Positions 13,557-25,528 of a DNA stretch of 64,000 nucleotides are shown here, piece by piece (position 1 is the stretch's first letter; the number at the start of each line of letters is the position of its first letter). Location: positions 7,471,337 through 7,535,336 of the forward strand of contig CM082586.2 in the NCBI GenBank assembly GCA_040954595.2. Reading direction: 5' to 3'. The stretch comes from Balanoglossus misakiensis. Lineage: Eukaryota > Animalia > Hemichordata. The position numbers were made by a program, and so were the translations under genes. The notes beneath the pieces are model-generated. The model did not search any database and had not been told where the DNA came from. It worked only from the letters and a program-made list of their open reading frames with translations.

Positions 13557-14697
13557 AGATCACCCTGTGTAATCCAAAACATCACACCATTATCCGTTAT
13601 ACATTGTCAAAAAGCAAGACTGGTCCGCCAGTTTTACTGATTACGGACGTAGTGGAAGTCATTTATAGCTTGATTTGGTTATAGGATAATGGTTATGCAT
13701 GTTTGCGGATATAAACACGTGATGGAAGCTCAGTCATGACCTATTCATTTTAATATCTAAAAAATCATTTTTTGAATTCCATTCATATTGTCGTGGCTGC
13801 GAACTCATTCTAAAGCAAATCGGGCTTCAGTGTTTGTCAGACTTTCTGTGTATTCCAAGACATCATCACATCCAAATGAACTGTTGGTAGATTATGTACT
13901 TGTACTTCACTCTCTATTAAATGAACCTGCAGGCGATCTGGAAAATTGTGTCAGTTTTCTGTATCAAGGTCAACTGAATCATTGATCACAAAATGTCGTC
14001 ATCCATGACCGCGGTGTCACCATCGAGGAGGCAGATGTTTCCGCACAACCATTAGTGTCCAACCCCGCGCCAAATCACCTCTTTACCCGTCATTGTCATA
14101 AATTGCAACGGCTATAACTACAACGGAGCAACGTTACACTCTTTGTAATAGAACCCCCGCCATGGAAATTACTGACGCTATTTTGGGAAAGGGAGATGTC
14201 GTGAGATGTGTCTCGAAAAAAAACAAAATAGGGTATTTCCTCAAGTGAAATTGTGTTCAGTTCCTCAATGCGGAAGCAATCACGCCCTAATTTCACACAT
14301 ATCATGTGTCAACTTTTAAACAAGCTGAAAACGTATAGGTATAACTATTGAAAGCATGTTCCAAGACTTTATCCCTCGACAAAAAGCAATCAAATATGAG
14401 AACAGGTTGGGTCCATTGTGCTTTGACGTGGAAAACGGATGAAAGCGCGAATTTCACTGGGATTTTTGACCACGAGTTATCATGATACCTTGGCATAAGG
14501 CAGCAAGGCTGTAGGCCTACACCGTTCTAGTTTTACATCGTATAACAGTTAGTGTCACAAGGTAAGATACAAGGGATGATACTGAGCAGTACCAGGTAGC
14601 TTTTCCTTCAGACCATGTGACTGGGTTCTTTTGTGCTGGGGACCCCTTTACTACGGGAATCGTAAAACTCAGAAACTTTATTACGTTTATGCATAGA

Positions 14698-15440
14698 CTA
14701 TTTATTCAACTTGCAGAATTGTATCGATGGATCCAATCAATTGTACAGGGACAGCCACTATAGACAAAATACCAGTGGACTGTATGCACAGTAAAGAAAT
14801 ATTACACAAAACACAAAGACATGAAACGGTACAAACATGACAAAAGACATTAACAGGTGGTTATCAAACGTTTGCCCTACCCTTGCTAAGAAAGATTGTT
14901 GAGTTCAGTGAGTTCAGCAGTGACAATGTTCCGGGAAATGGGTCGCAGAATATATCAGTCTTTCCAGTTTCATGGAGAAGATGGTCGATCCGTGGCCGCA
15001 CAGAATGTCTCGTATCACACTTGGTGGAAAACTCCGTCACCGTTGTAGTTTCGCCAAACAGGCCTGGCAGTCAGATTCTGGTAGGATTACACACACAGTG
15101 CCTCAGTGCTACCGCTGGCTGTCATGTCAGTCTCCCCCTCAAGAATGGGCCCGCAGCCTTTTATACCACCTTCCAGTTGCATTGCTGTACATATTTTCTA
15201 CAATAATTTATTCAGAATGATTGTCCACTGTTCTCCACTGTCTATTGTTTTCGTTTCTCCCCGAATTATCACCTCCGAATTATTCATGCAGACCAAGTCA
15301 GTGCAGAGATTATGTAATCCATGGCTGGTGAATTGTCCATGCGCAGTTAATCACACTGGTGGTGTGTCATAGCAGAGTTCATTTTGTCAAAGCCGTTCGA
15401 TGCTAAGATGTGTAACTAACTGTCTAACCACCTCAGACAA
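14698..15440 (-). mobile_element. Possible degraded 3' fragment of a LINE (CR1/L2-like)
   Basis: Minus strand gives frameshifted remnants resembling the post-RT C-terminus (QLE..., KT..F..PFP.TL.LLN) followed by a tail with GTTGAATAAA. Resemblance is weak; boundaries are approximate. Confidence 0.3.
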
Positions 15441-16393
15441 GTAGACGTGCAGCAAATCCTAACTAACCTTTAACCACCACACAAAACAACACTGGACACA
15501 CAACACTATAGACACTTTGTGACACTTAGTGAGACAAAATAACGCAACTGTGAAAACTTCGGGTGCTAATTTCGGCTCACCTATGTAACTCAAGAACTCT
15601 GCTCCCCGAGAGAACTTTTCCATGGTGACATATATTGTGATACCTAGCAACGAATACTCAGGTTTTGGGATTGTGTCGCGGTATATACCATGACATTGCA
15701 AACGCAACCTAAGAACGTTCACTGTTCAAGAACATAAGATATGTCACACATGTTTCGGCAGATAGCGTAATTCAAGTGGGCCTAGTTTCAGGGGATGCTA
15801 TGTGCAATGCGAGGGTACGATCAACAATTGAGTTCGATTACCTCTTCCGGACTACACAGCACACACCTGCGGAGACGCGCCCTCGGTGTCATGGGAACCG
15901 TGGCACCCTAGCAAAAACAGAAAATTTCTCCATCGACGTCGACAGTGCGCGATGCTGACCTCGTTCGAAACATTTTTGAGCTGCTAAAGCTAGATACGCG
16001 TTACTGCTATAACAGGTGTTGCAGTACTGGCCTCTGTACAAGGTAGAGCAATGGGAATCTGTGTGTGTGTCTGACGGTTTATGATGTGACTGGCTTCTGG
16101 AAGCCGAAACTCAACTTTTACAGAAGTTTCGCATTTTATTTTTTTTTACTACAGGTTCGTGTGTATGACAGATTGGCTAGCTTTGTCCTTGCCTTCACTG
16201 TCGGCACAGACTTGGGAAGGGATCTTTCTTCGCCATGGTGAATGCAACCGTGTCTACATCTGACGACTCGTCGCCAAGCGCTGGTGCGGGCTCGGTTGCG
16301 AACACTTCGGCCATATCGAAAGACGCAACCGCAAACGACGTGGCGGACTCACCGGCAATCCATTCACAGACACTGTTTTAGATGTGTATAGTG

Positions 16394-16407
16394 CCGCCAG
16401 AGGGCGC
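16394..16407 (+). promoter_or_regulatory. CTCF-like core motif
   Basis: CCGCCAGAGGGCGC closely matches the bilaterian CTCF core; motif match only. Confidence 0.4.
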
Positions 16408-18281
16408 TCTATAGCCACATTTGTATAAAAAAATATGGAGTCCCGAGCAAATTTTCGAGATATGGCGCCCTCTCTATTGCTCTTTTAAGAAATTTCTTTG
16501 AAATTTAGGCCTTAGTGACTGATCAGTTTTTCTGCCTGGGGGCGATGGATTCATGGGCAGGTCACCCCGTTTTGAAATTGGGTGATGAGGGGAAGGGGTC
16601 ACCTGGTGTCGCCCACTTTTCCATGTTCATTGAAGGGGGGTCATTCACTTTTTGAATCCACCGCCCTCCCCTCCCCTCCCCCGACCAAAGAAACTGGCCA
16701 GTAATGTCTCGAATTTCATTGTGAGGTGCCTTGATTTTTTTGAAATGTTAAAAATTCTTAACATCGGATGCATAAAACGACGGTGGCAGATGATTGGTTG
16801 GTCAATAATTAACCATAATGAAGTTAGTTAATAAAATGAATAAGTACTAGTACTTATACCAGTTCGTGTATATCGCTGCTTTTTATCCCTGATATATGTG
16901 ATTTCTGTTGATTTTGGATTTTGATACAGGCTGTGATGTCCCCGGTTGTGATTTTCGGACACTCGGCTACCACTACTATATTCGAGGGATTCTTGAAATA
17001 CAGTTTCCAGCGTAGGCCAATAAGGCAGGGTCATTGTGGATTTTGGTTAGTGTGTACTGCCTCTGTCGCTGACATGTGTAAAACCGCTTAGGAAGGAGAA
17101 AACAGATTACCAGCGCCTATAGAAGGTCAGACCGTTGTAAAATGGAAGCCAACCGAGTCGGTACACACGCATGCCTACGTGTATTTTGTCGAGGGTTGCC
17201 AACCGATTACGTACCCTACTTGTATCAAGCAACGCAATCTCTAACCGCTATCTTCTCCAAACAAACACGCATTTATAAGTGCTGCTCAAATATTATCTGT
17301 TTCAGCCACGCAATGTATTGAACACGCATGTACATGTACTGTATATGGTTAGAGATCGATGTGTTAGGTCAGACAGTTAAATATATGATGCTGACAGCAT
17401 GACACCATTCCTGGAGCGTGACCTTTGACTTGACAGGAGCCCCTATCCACATTCGTCTCACAGTTGTAGGTCTAAGCCACAGAAAACGCAGTTGGAAGCA
17501 TTACTGACTAGTTTATAGTTGTACGGCCAGAGCTATACATTAATTATGCTATGAAGGGGCTACTGGACAACAACAAGTAGAAATGTCACGGTAAGTGTAT
17601 AAATTATTAGCATTTGTAGTTTGCTGCAGTGACGTCATGCCGGTCATGACATGTACATTTTCGTGGCGTGGTTGTAAATTTAGTGGTTATTTGAAATATA
17701 AATTATAACACTTGGTCAGTAGACGTTCACATGATGTGATTAATATTTCTTTCAGTGGTGTCTATCTGGTCAGCTACTACTAATAAGACAAAACACGTGG
17801 TACTTGTATTCACAAGATTGAAGTACATATATAGCCTATTACACTGGGGTTCTTTGTTTTGGGAACTTCATGACATGTCAACCGCTGTGACGAAAACTGT
17901 TTGTTCTGAGAAACGGGTGAATTTTTTGAAATAGAAGCAGTTCGGGCTGTTTTATCTACATTTATAACGAAATGTTTTCAAATGGTTGGGGTGTGGACCC
18001 AGGACTTCGTGCGAACCGTTCAGGGTCATTGGTCAGGAAAAGCTGTTAACAATAACATCCATTCAGGTCTGTCGACGGGAGGACAAGGTCATATGCACAT
18101 AGCCTGATATCGTCGATAAAGTTAAAATGTGATGTGCTGGTCGCCGCGGGAACACACAGACTTCAGAGCTACTCGCATTTGAACTGTGTATTAATTTAAA
18201 TGGCGTGGCAAACATCAAAACGCAATACATCATGCGCTTGTCGACGACCAGAATAAGCATGGACTTTGCACCCCGGAAGCA

Positions 18282-18342
18282 TAGTCTAGAATCCAGACTG
18301 GTGTTTATTTTAGCGAAAAAGACGAGTCTGGATTCTAGACAA
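18282..18342. repeat. Small inverted repeat / mini-MITE
   Basis: GTCTAGAATCCAGACT ... AGTCTGGATTCTAGAC, 16-bp perfect arms. Confidence 0.7.
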
Positions 18343-20080
18343 CGTAGTAATAAATAAGGACAGGAACAAAGGTTTAATAAACAGGAACAAAGGTTTAATT
18401 TTATTACCGTGTAACGCATGATTACTATCTCGCTCTCTTTCTTTCTCTCTCCCCCTCCCTCCACTCCCCTCACTCACTCACCCCCCCCCCCTCTCTCTAG
18501 TATGAATCTCTCATTCTGTTTTTCGGAAATATATAATTCATTGGATGGTGTAATTAACTTAAACCCCGGTGCGGAAAGGCCAGGGATTCGGATTAACGTG
18601 TGTTTGTATAGTTGTTTATTTGGGACTGGTCGTCGTGCATAATGACTGTGTAATTGCTCTCATGTACACAGAAAATAATTGAACACTTTACACCTCTACG
18701 CGATTGACAGCTGTTTGAATGGCGTGGTTATTGTTTCCCAGGGACGCTTCTGAAAAGCACTGAAACCAGATTTCTGCCAAAATCATCGTTGTTTCAAAAG
18801 CTCGTGTACTTTTTCGTCGATAACTTTATGTTGTGTGTGTTTATAAAGCCAACTACTGTCGTTGTGTGGTGTAATTCTTTATGCTTGGACCTGTTTGGGC
18901 CGATTTTCATAGAGCCGAGATCGTTGGTGTTGTCTGTTGTCAGTCAAACGGCATTAAGATTCGCCACTGATTTGGGGGGTCTTTTATACCCCGCACCGGG
19001 ATTTAACATAAAGAAGATGACATGATGTTGTCATGTACTGTAGACACCGCCCACTTTCTAGGCAAGTCTAAAACTTATGCCGCGTATTTGGCACGGATCG
19101 CGATCGTCATTCGGGATTGTAGATTGAGTGCAGTTGGGTATTTACACTATATATAAGTAAATTCCCTTTAACTGAAAACAGTTTTCGTATTTGCACATAT
19201 TTGCGTTGTATTAATAAGATTAAACGTAACGTTTGATTTGTGCGGGCGAGATTTGTTGGCATGTTGCCAACAAAAGACATTAACACCACTACCTGTTCAG
19301 ACGTGGAATGGAGTCAGTGTAAAAGAGTAACTCCACTTCTGAACATGCTAATTTATGATGAAGCTAAACGTCTGAAAAGTTGAAGGTAAAGTGTGACGAG
19401 GTTTAGAGGTCCCTTCATATTATGTATTCATAAGAAAACGATAGAGTACTTGTAGTCGTGCACAGAGCTGTAAGTGCGTCTTGCAAAATAAAAACATAAG
19501 ATGAGTGGAACTATACTTTGGGACGATGTGATATTGAAACAAAACTGAAAATAGTTTATATTTCACTGTTCATAATTTTAAAGTTTTCACTGGAAATTTG
19601 CAAACACATGCATGTACGTCAATTCAATTTCATAGAATTCAGTGATTCACCGATATTTCAGGATATCTATATGTATAGTTGAGTTGTTGTTTTTTCTGGG
19701 GTTTTTTTCTGTATTGTTGTCCCTTTTGTTGTTTTTCTCTTGTAACTTTGTGTGGATTGTCTGTTTTTGATATGGGCAGTATTATTATTATTAGTATATC
19801 TTATAATCACAAAATAGTTCCTTTGCATTCATAACAAACATACGGTGTAATCAGTACTAATCACAGACAATCCACTTGATGGAGAACATTCACGCACAAA
19901 ATCGCTTACAATTTATAATTATCGGTATTAATACTATTTTACTATTCTTCAGATGTCGTTTGTCGACGCGCCCGGAACAAGGTAGTCTAGGCCAACACTG
20001 AGAGTCCATGGTGATTTCTGGAGAACACCCAACATTTGTGCTCATCCTGACGACGACTTATTAACAGCCGAACGAAAACA

Positions 20081-23000
20081 ATGTCATTACTCAGAAATCT
20101 CGTCGCTGGGTTTTGGAGATACTTCCTGTCGGCTAGGAGGAGGCGTCTGATGACGTTACTAGTGGCGCTGGTACTCGCCAACGGTCTGTTCCTTCTGTAC
20201 GCGAACACGTCCAGGGAGGTATTAGCCAGGTCGCAGAGCGACGTTCAACGGCGAATCGACAGACGGGCAAACATCTTGCTGTTAGCGAGCAGAGTCCTGC
20301 TGCCACAAGAACATTTAAGCGACTGTAAGCCGAGAGCGCGACGGCGAATAGGAAATCACCACTATCAAACACCAAGCAACACCCCGTGCAGAGAGGACGG
20401 TACAGACATACGCGTGCTGTACGTAATATACTCGTCACGGCGTGCCGAAAGACAGAGGAACGCAGTCAGAATGGCTCTGCAGAAGCAAGCGCGGTTGCAA
20501 AATAATTTTGAATACATATTTGTGATCGAAAGGTCGTCAAATAGGTCTGCAGATCATCTGACATTGAGAGAAGGCGCATCCTATGGAGACGTTCTCTTCA
20601 CCTCGAGCCACGCCCAGGTAGAAAGTGACGTCATCATTCGGGCACTGCCATGGGTCATGCAGTGTTGTAAGCGTGTTCAATATATTGTGGAAGTTTCCGA
20701 CAACGTATTCGTTAATACAATACGGATCAATACATGGCTGAAGGAGATCCCAGAGAACAGTGTTGCATTTGGAAAGTTAGCAGGATGTACCCAAAATAGC
20801 GCCCTCTCGGAAACAGGTATCCCGTTAGGGTCAATCGTTCGATTACCAAAGCGAATCAAAAATGGATTAACACAGGACTATCCAAAGGACGCGTTCGCTA
20901 TCGTCCTCTCCAAAGATATTGCTGAAAGACTTGTCGCTATGGATACAGCCACGCTTTGGAATATTATGGGAAATCCCTTCCGAACTGAAGATAGGCCTGA
21001 AATCATTTTGAAAAGTCATCCTCTTATAGGAGTCACTAATACTCGGCGAAATCTGACTGTCTGTGAACTACAGGGTGTAATGACTACAATTGCGAATACA
21101 GACTACGTCATGGGAATGTATGGGATAAAACTCGGCGTGTGGGTCAAATACACTGAATGTCATGAAAATGAGGAAAACTTACTCGGTAGTCGAACACAGG
21201 TGGCCCAGAATTTCCAAGAAGACGTGACTTTCGCCGAGAGGTTCCGCATGGATTTCGTCATCAATCATCCAAACTGGTGCGAAAGTGTGTTCGCTGAGAG
21301 CGCCAAACCGCGTATCGTGGCCGTTGTCATTTCTGCGCACGCAAACTCCGAAGCTCGGCAAACGATTCGAGAAACGTGGGGAAACAGAGCCAAGAGGAAC
21401 AGAATCAAAACGATATTTCTCCTGGGACGAGGCTCGGAAGACATGTCGGCAAAAATTAGCGAGGAGAATGATTCCAACAACGACATCATCGTGGCGGACT
21501 TTGTGGACGACTATTACAACTTAACGTTGAAAACATTCGCCATGATGCTGTGGGCCAATCGTTACTGTGCCTCTGCCGACTACGTCATCAAAATTGATGA
21601 TGACGTGTTCATGAACTCGGATTTACTCGCGTCGGTTTTAGACGAGAGTCCCCGAACGAAATTTTACTTCGGAGACCCCTACGTTGGCACTCGCCCCGTT
21701 CGGGATATTTGGAACAAATGGTACACCCCCGAAGAGGCCTGGGACGACCAAGTCTATCCGCCCTACCACGCAGGATTTGCCTACGTCATTTCCTCTGACG
21801 TCATTTCCGACATCTGTAACTACAAGAATCCATCAAATTTCATATTACCCTGGGAAGACGCCATGATGGGTATCCTAATCTCCCAGCTCGGTGACGTCAC
21901 ACCTGTTCCCGATAAGCGCATGGACGTGCACAAAATATTCCGCCATCCGTGCTCTGTACAAGACACTTTGCTAGTCCATCACATGGGGCCATTAGACTTA
22001 AGGAAATACTGGTACATTCTGCATGACCGGAATTCCTGTGGAAGACACAAGCGAAAGTACATTTCTCCTCAATCTTCAAAGCCTAAAATGAACACGAAAT
22101 TTGCAGAAAACTCGAAATATCTCGTGAATACTAAAGAAACTGACGACATGTTTCACTGTAAACCGGACACGTTTTTGGTTACCTTCGTTTTCTCTGACGC
22201 CCTCAACTACGAACGGAGGAAATTTGCGCGTCTGACGTGGGCCAAGTACCCGTATGTTGAAAATAAGACAGTTCAGACTGCATTCGTCATTGGGCGGACT
22301 GTAAAGACAAGCTTGAGAAAGTTTGTACTGAACGAAATGAACAGAGAGGGCGATATTGTCTTGGTGGATGCTGATATCAATGATGACGAGGGTGTATCTG
22401 GAAAACTTCAGCTGCGAATATTGAAGGAAATTCATCAATTATTGTGTCCAAGCGTCCCGTACGTCATGAAAGTAGAAGACGACGTCTTTGTGAATCTCGT
22501 TAGAACTGTTGGATTTTTAAAGCTCTCCACACCATCCAAGGTCATCTTTGGTCGACGTGGCCTTTCGACGAGTGTTTCAAATGCCAACACGCGGAGTGGA
22601 CACTTCAAATTGGACACTTTTAAAAAGACGTTTATTGCACCATCGGAGGTTCTGATCAAACTGTTCAAAGAAGCACCAAGCGAAGAGCAAAGAGTCGCAT
22701 CAGAATTCCACGATGGAATTGTCACTTTGAGTAACTGTGCAGACTACAGACGCGATATCTGCTATTTGCATAATTTATTAGCAATGACGTGTTTCGAAGG
22801 GTCTTTCATGATTGCAATTGCCCGGATGTACTACAACGAAAGCTTTTTCCTCGATTGCAACATCAGCAATGGCCAGTCCCTGCTGGAGACACACAGAACT
22901 TACAAATTAACGGAAAAGGTGGCTGATGTCCACATACTGTTTAATAACTGGCTCTATGAACGACGTGTAGATGTGTATGATTACAAATATTTAATCGATC

Positions 23001-25528
23001 ACCGATACCACTGCTACGATTCCAAAACGCTGGAAACGACTGACGTTTTTCTTCTGATTTTAACATTAACCAAACCAGACGAATTTGAACGCAGGAGTGT
23101 CATTCGTTCGACTTGGCTCAAGCAGGCACAGAACGAATGTTGTAAAAGTGAAAACATCGTCCACTTGTTCGTTGTTGGAGAGGCTGAACACGTTCACGTG
23201 AACGAGAAACTACGAGAGGAGGACGACGCCAACGGCGACATCTTGCAGATCAGTATTTTGGACAATTTCAGAAACGGAACTCTGAAAACGACATCGACGA
23301 TAAAATGGATCGCCCAGCACTGTTTGCACGCGAAGTATGTCTTGCGAACGAAATCTTCCACGTACGTCAATCTGCCGCGTCTGGTGGAATACCTTGTGAA
23401 ACTGGGAAGGAAACCACGTGACCTGATGATCGGTTACATTCGCACCGACAACAAACCCGTCAGACACGTCGACAGCATTTTTTACACACCGCAGGAACTT
23501 TACCCCGCCGAAGTTTATCCGCGTTATCTCGAAGGGGGAAGTTACGTGATGACATCGCAAGTTGTGCATAAATTATACCTGGAGTCACGTGAGACCCCCG
23601 TGTTTCCATGGGAAGACGTGTATGTTGGAATGCTGTTACAAAACGCGGGCCTGCAACCGCATGGTCACAGCGACTTCTCCACTCATTCTCCGTCGCCGTC
23701 GATGAACCCCTGCCAACTAAAAACGTTCATATCGTGGAAAGTTGAGAGTTTGGAACATATGAGAGAGTTTGGCCGCGTTTTAGACAGACATGTCGTCTGT
23801 TCAAAATCACGACCAATCGATCTCGGAGACAGTGCCTTCTTCTTACAAAATCATAATATCTGTAACGTAGCAACAATTGATCTGTTGATCGTGATCATGT
23901 CGAAAATAGACAATGTAGAAAGGCGAAAAGCAATACGCGAAACGTGGGCCATGTTTAATGACTACGATTCTCTTACAATGAATCGTGTCAAACATGTATT
24001 TATTGTAGCGAGGGCGAAAAGTAGTGAACAAAACGATGACATTCTCGCCGAGGCTGACTACAACCGGGATGTCGCTGTACTGGATTTTTTGGACGACTAT
24101 GAAAGTCTGACGTCAAAAACAGTGATGGCGCTAAGGTGGTCGTCTGCTTATTGCCGCCAAGCCAAATATCTCTTGAAAGCAGACGACGACGTTTTTGTCA
24201 ACACGGTGAACTTGCTCGATTTTCTGCAAAACGCTCCCAGAGAAAATTTCTACATGGGTCACACGTGGTACAACATGAAACCCGTAAGAAGCAAGAGGGA
24301 TGTGAATTACACGCCTTACAGTATGTGGTCGGAGAAGGTATACCCTGCCTACAATGCAGGGCCATCGTATGTGTTGTCGTCTGACGTCATTGCGCGTGCG
24401 TACACCGAGAGCCGCAACACGACCTACCTTAACAACGAAGACGTGTTCGTTGGTCTAATCCTGCAAAATATTGGCGTGTTTCCAACGCACGATGAACGCT
24501 TTATCATCAACTATGACGACACCGACACTACAGAGAGTGGGATGGCATCAAAGCTGTTCAGCGTTCACTCCGTCAATGCTAAGACTAACTACAAATTCTG
24601 GTATCACGTTTATAATTCAGTGATTGACACTCTCGGAAAAATGACGTTGGACCATTTCCTTCATCCCCACAACAGAACTGTGATAGAATCAAATCGTGTC
24701 AATTTTCGCGTATGTGAACAGGAGAAAGTGGATCTCATAATTTTTGTGTTCAGCGGCAGACAACGTGTAGAGTACCGACAAGCAATTAGAAATACATGGG
24801 GACGTCCACGGGACAAAGTCAAGGTCGTGTTTATAGTTGGTCAGTATGACGATAAACTGGAGATGGAGAACTTTGAAAAGCAATCGCGGTTTTCTGACGA
24901 GCGAAACTTTTACGCTGACACGTTTAACCTGGCAGACATTGTGACGTCGCGTAATAAAAACGGGAAATTACTGGATCTGTCCAAATGGGTGCGTGTCCAC
25001 TGTCCGCATGCGCAGTACTTCATGGTTACCAATGACAACACTTACGTGGAGGTGAGCAACGTTTTGGAGTACTTGAACAAGAACAGGGTAGATTTGATGG
25101 GCAAAATACAAGACAAACTTCAGCCCAAGGATACAAAAATCCAGTCGTTTTGGTTTCACCAGGATATCTTCATAGTAAACAGCGAAGTAGCGATGAGGAT
25201 AGAGCAAAAGCTAAGTGCCGCGCAGACAGATTTGTTACCGGCACCTCTTCTACAGGAATTAAACATCCATTTGATTGACAACAAAGGCTTTGACATCGAC
25301 GCACACTTCCGACCAAAGTGGTCCTGTAAGTCGCGCGGTTTGTTCGTATCAAATTACTTTACTCCACAGCAGATTTACCACCAATACGCAATTGAACGGG
25401 ACATGACCGACTGCCCCAATGAAGGTGAAAGTGTGTCTGACGACGCCATAATCACGTTCGTGTTCATCGCAGGGCTTCTTGTCGTTTTAAAAATATTCCA
25501 ATACGTCAAGAGGATAATTAAAAAATAA
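20081..25528 (+). CDS. Six-domain GT31 (beta-1,3-galactosyltransferase-like, Galactosyl_T) protein, single coding exon, 1815 aa, N- and C-terminal hydrophobic anchors
   Basis: Open 5448-nt frame; six recurrences of (hydrophobic strand)-S/T...R..IR.TW...W....C....Y..K.DDDVFVN-type blocks, with DxD-equivalent positions at aa 206, 506, 799, 1091, 1368, 1651; ED(A/V)..G motifs at aa 592, 1178, 1453; RRRR plus TM at aa ~19-41; TM at aa 1789-1806; acceptor-like TTCTTCAG at 19945-19952; AATAAA at 25860. Confidence 0.95.
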   Translation: MSLLRNLVAGFWRYFLSARRRRLMTLLVALVLANGLFLLYANTSREVLARSQSDVQRRIDRRANILLLASRVLLPQEHLSDCKPRARRRIGNHHYQTPSNTPCREDGTDIRVLYVIYSSRRAERQRNAVRMALQKQARLQNNFEYIFVIERSSNRSADHLTLREGASYGDVLFTSSHAQVESDVIIRALPWVMQCCKRVQYIVEVSDNVFVNTIRINTWLKEIPENSVAFGKLAGCTQNSALSETGIPLGSIVRLPKRIKNGLTQDYPKDAFAIVLSKDIAERLVAMDTATLWNIMGNPFRTEDRPEIILKSHPLIGVTNTRRNLTVCELQGVMTTIANTDYVMGMYGIKLGVWVKYTECHENEENLLGSRTQVAQNFQEDVTFAERFRMDFVINHPNWCESVFAESAKPRIVAVVISAHANSEARQTIRETWGNRAKRNRIKTIFLLGRGSEDMSAKISEENDSNNDIIVADFVDDYYNLTLKTFAMMLWANRYCASADYVIKIDDDVFMNSDLLASVLDESPRTKFYFGDPYVGTRPVRDIWNKWYTPEEAWDDQVYPPYHAGFAYVISSDVISDICNYKNPSNFILPWEDAMMGILISQLGDVTPVPDKRMDVHKIFRHPCSVQDTLLVHHMGPLDLRKYWYILHDRNSCGRHKRKYISPQSSKPKMNTKFAENSKYLVNTKETDDMFHCKPDTFLVTFVFSDALNYERRKFARLTWAKYPYVENKTVQTAFVIGRTVKTSLRKFVLNEMNREGDIVLVDADINDDEGVSGKLQLRILKEIHQLLCPSVPYVMKVEDDVFVNLVRTVGFLKLSTPSKVIFGRRGLSTSVSNANTRSGHFKLDTFKKTFIAPSEVLIKLFKEAPSEEQRVASEFHDGIVTLSNCADYRRDICYLHNLLAMTCFEGSFMIAIARMYYNESFFLDCNISNGQSLLETHRTYKLTEKVADVHILFNNWLYERRVDVYDYKYLIDHRYHCYDSKTLETTDVFLLILTLTKPDEFERRSVIRSTWLKQAQNECCKSENIVHLFVVGEAEHVHVNEKLREEDDANGDILQISILDNFRNGTLKTTSTIKWIAQHCLHAKYVLRTKSSTYVNLPRLVEYLVKLGRKPRDLMIGYIRTDNKPVRHVDSIFYTPQELYPAEVYPRYLEGGSYVMTSQVVHKLYLESRETPVFPWEDVYVGMLLQNAGLQPHGHSDFSTHSPSPSMNPCQLKTFISWKVESLEHMREFGRVLDRHVVCSKSRPIDLGDSAFFLQNHNICNVATIDLLIVIMSKIDNVERRKAIRETWAMFNDYDSLTMNRVKHVFIVARAKSSEQNDDILAEADYNRDVAVLDFLDDYESLTSKTVMALRWSSAYCRQAKYLLKADDDVFVNTVNLLDFLQNAPRENFYMGHTWYNMKPVRSKRDVNYTPYSMWSEKVYPAYNAGPSYVLSSDVIARAYTESRNTTYLNNEDVFVGLILQNIGVFPTHDERFIINYDDTDTTESGMASKLFSVHSVNAKTNYKFWYHVYNSVIDTLGKMTLDHFLHPHNRTVIESNRVNFRVCEQEKVDLIIFVFSGRQRVEYRQAIRNTWGRPRDKVKVVFIVGQYDDKLEMENFEKQSRFSDERNFYADTFNLADIVTSRNKNGKLLDLSKWVRVHCPHAQYFMVTNDNTYVEVSNVLEYLNKNRVDLMGKIQDKLQPKDTKIQSFWFHQDIFIVNSEVAMRIEQKLSAAQTDLLPAPLLQELNIHLIDNKGFDIDAHFRPKWSCKSRGLFVSNYFTPQQIYHQYAIERDMTDCPNEGESVSDDAIITFVFIAGLLVVLKIFQYVKRIIKK

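Noticed and set aside
20133-25352. Antisense and alternate-frame ORFs within the GT31 CDS
   Set aside because: Short shadow ORFs without motifs.
25499-25528. C-terminal di-lysine ER-retrieval signal in the GT31 protein
   Set aside because: Lysines are at -1/-2, not the -3/-4 or -3/-5 positions needed for KKxx/KxKxx.
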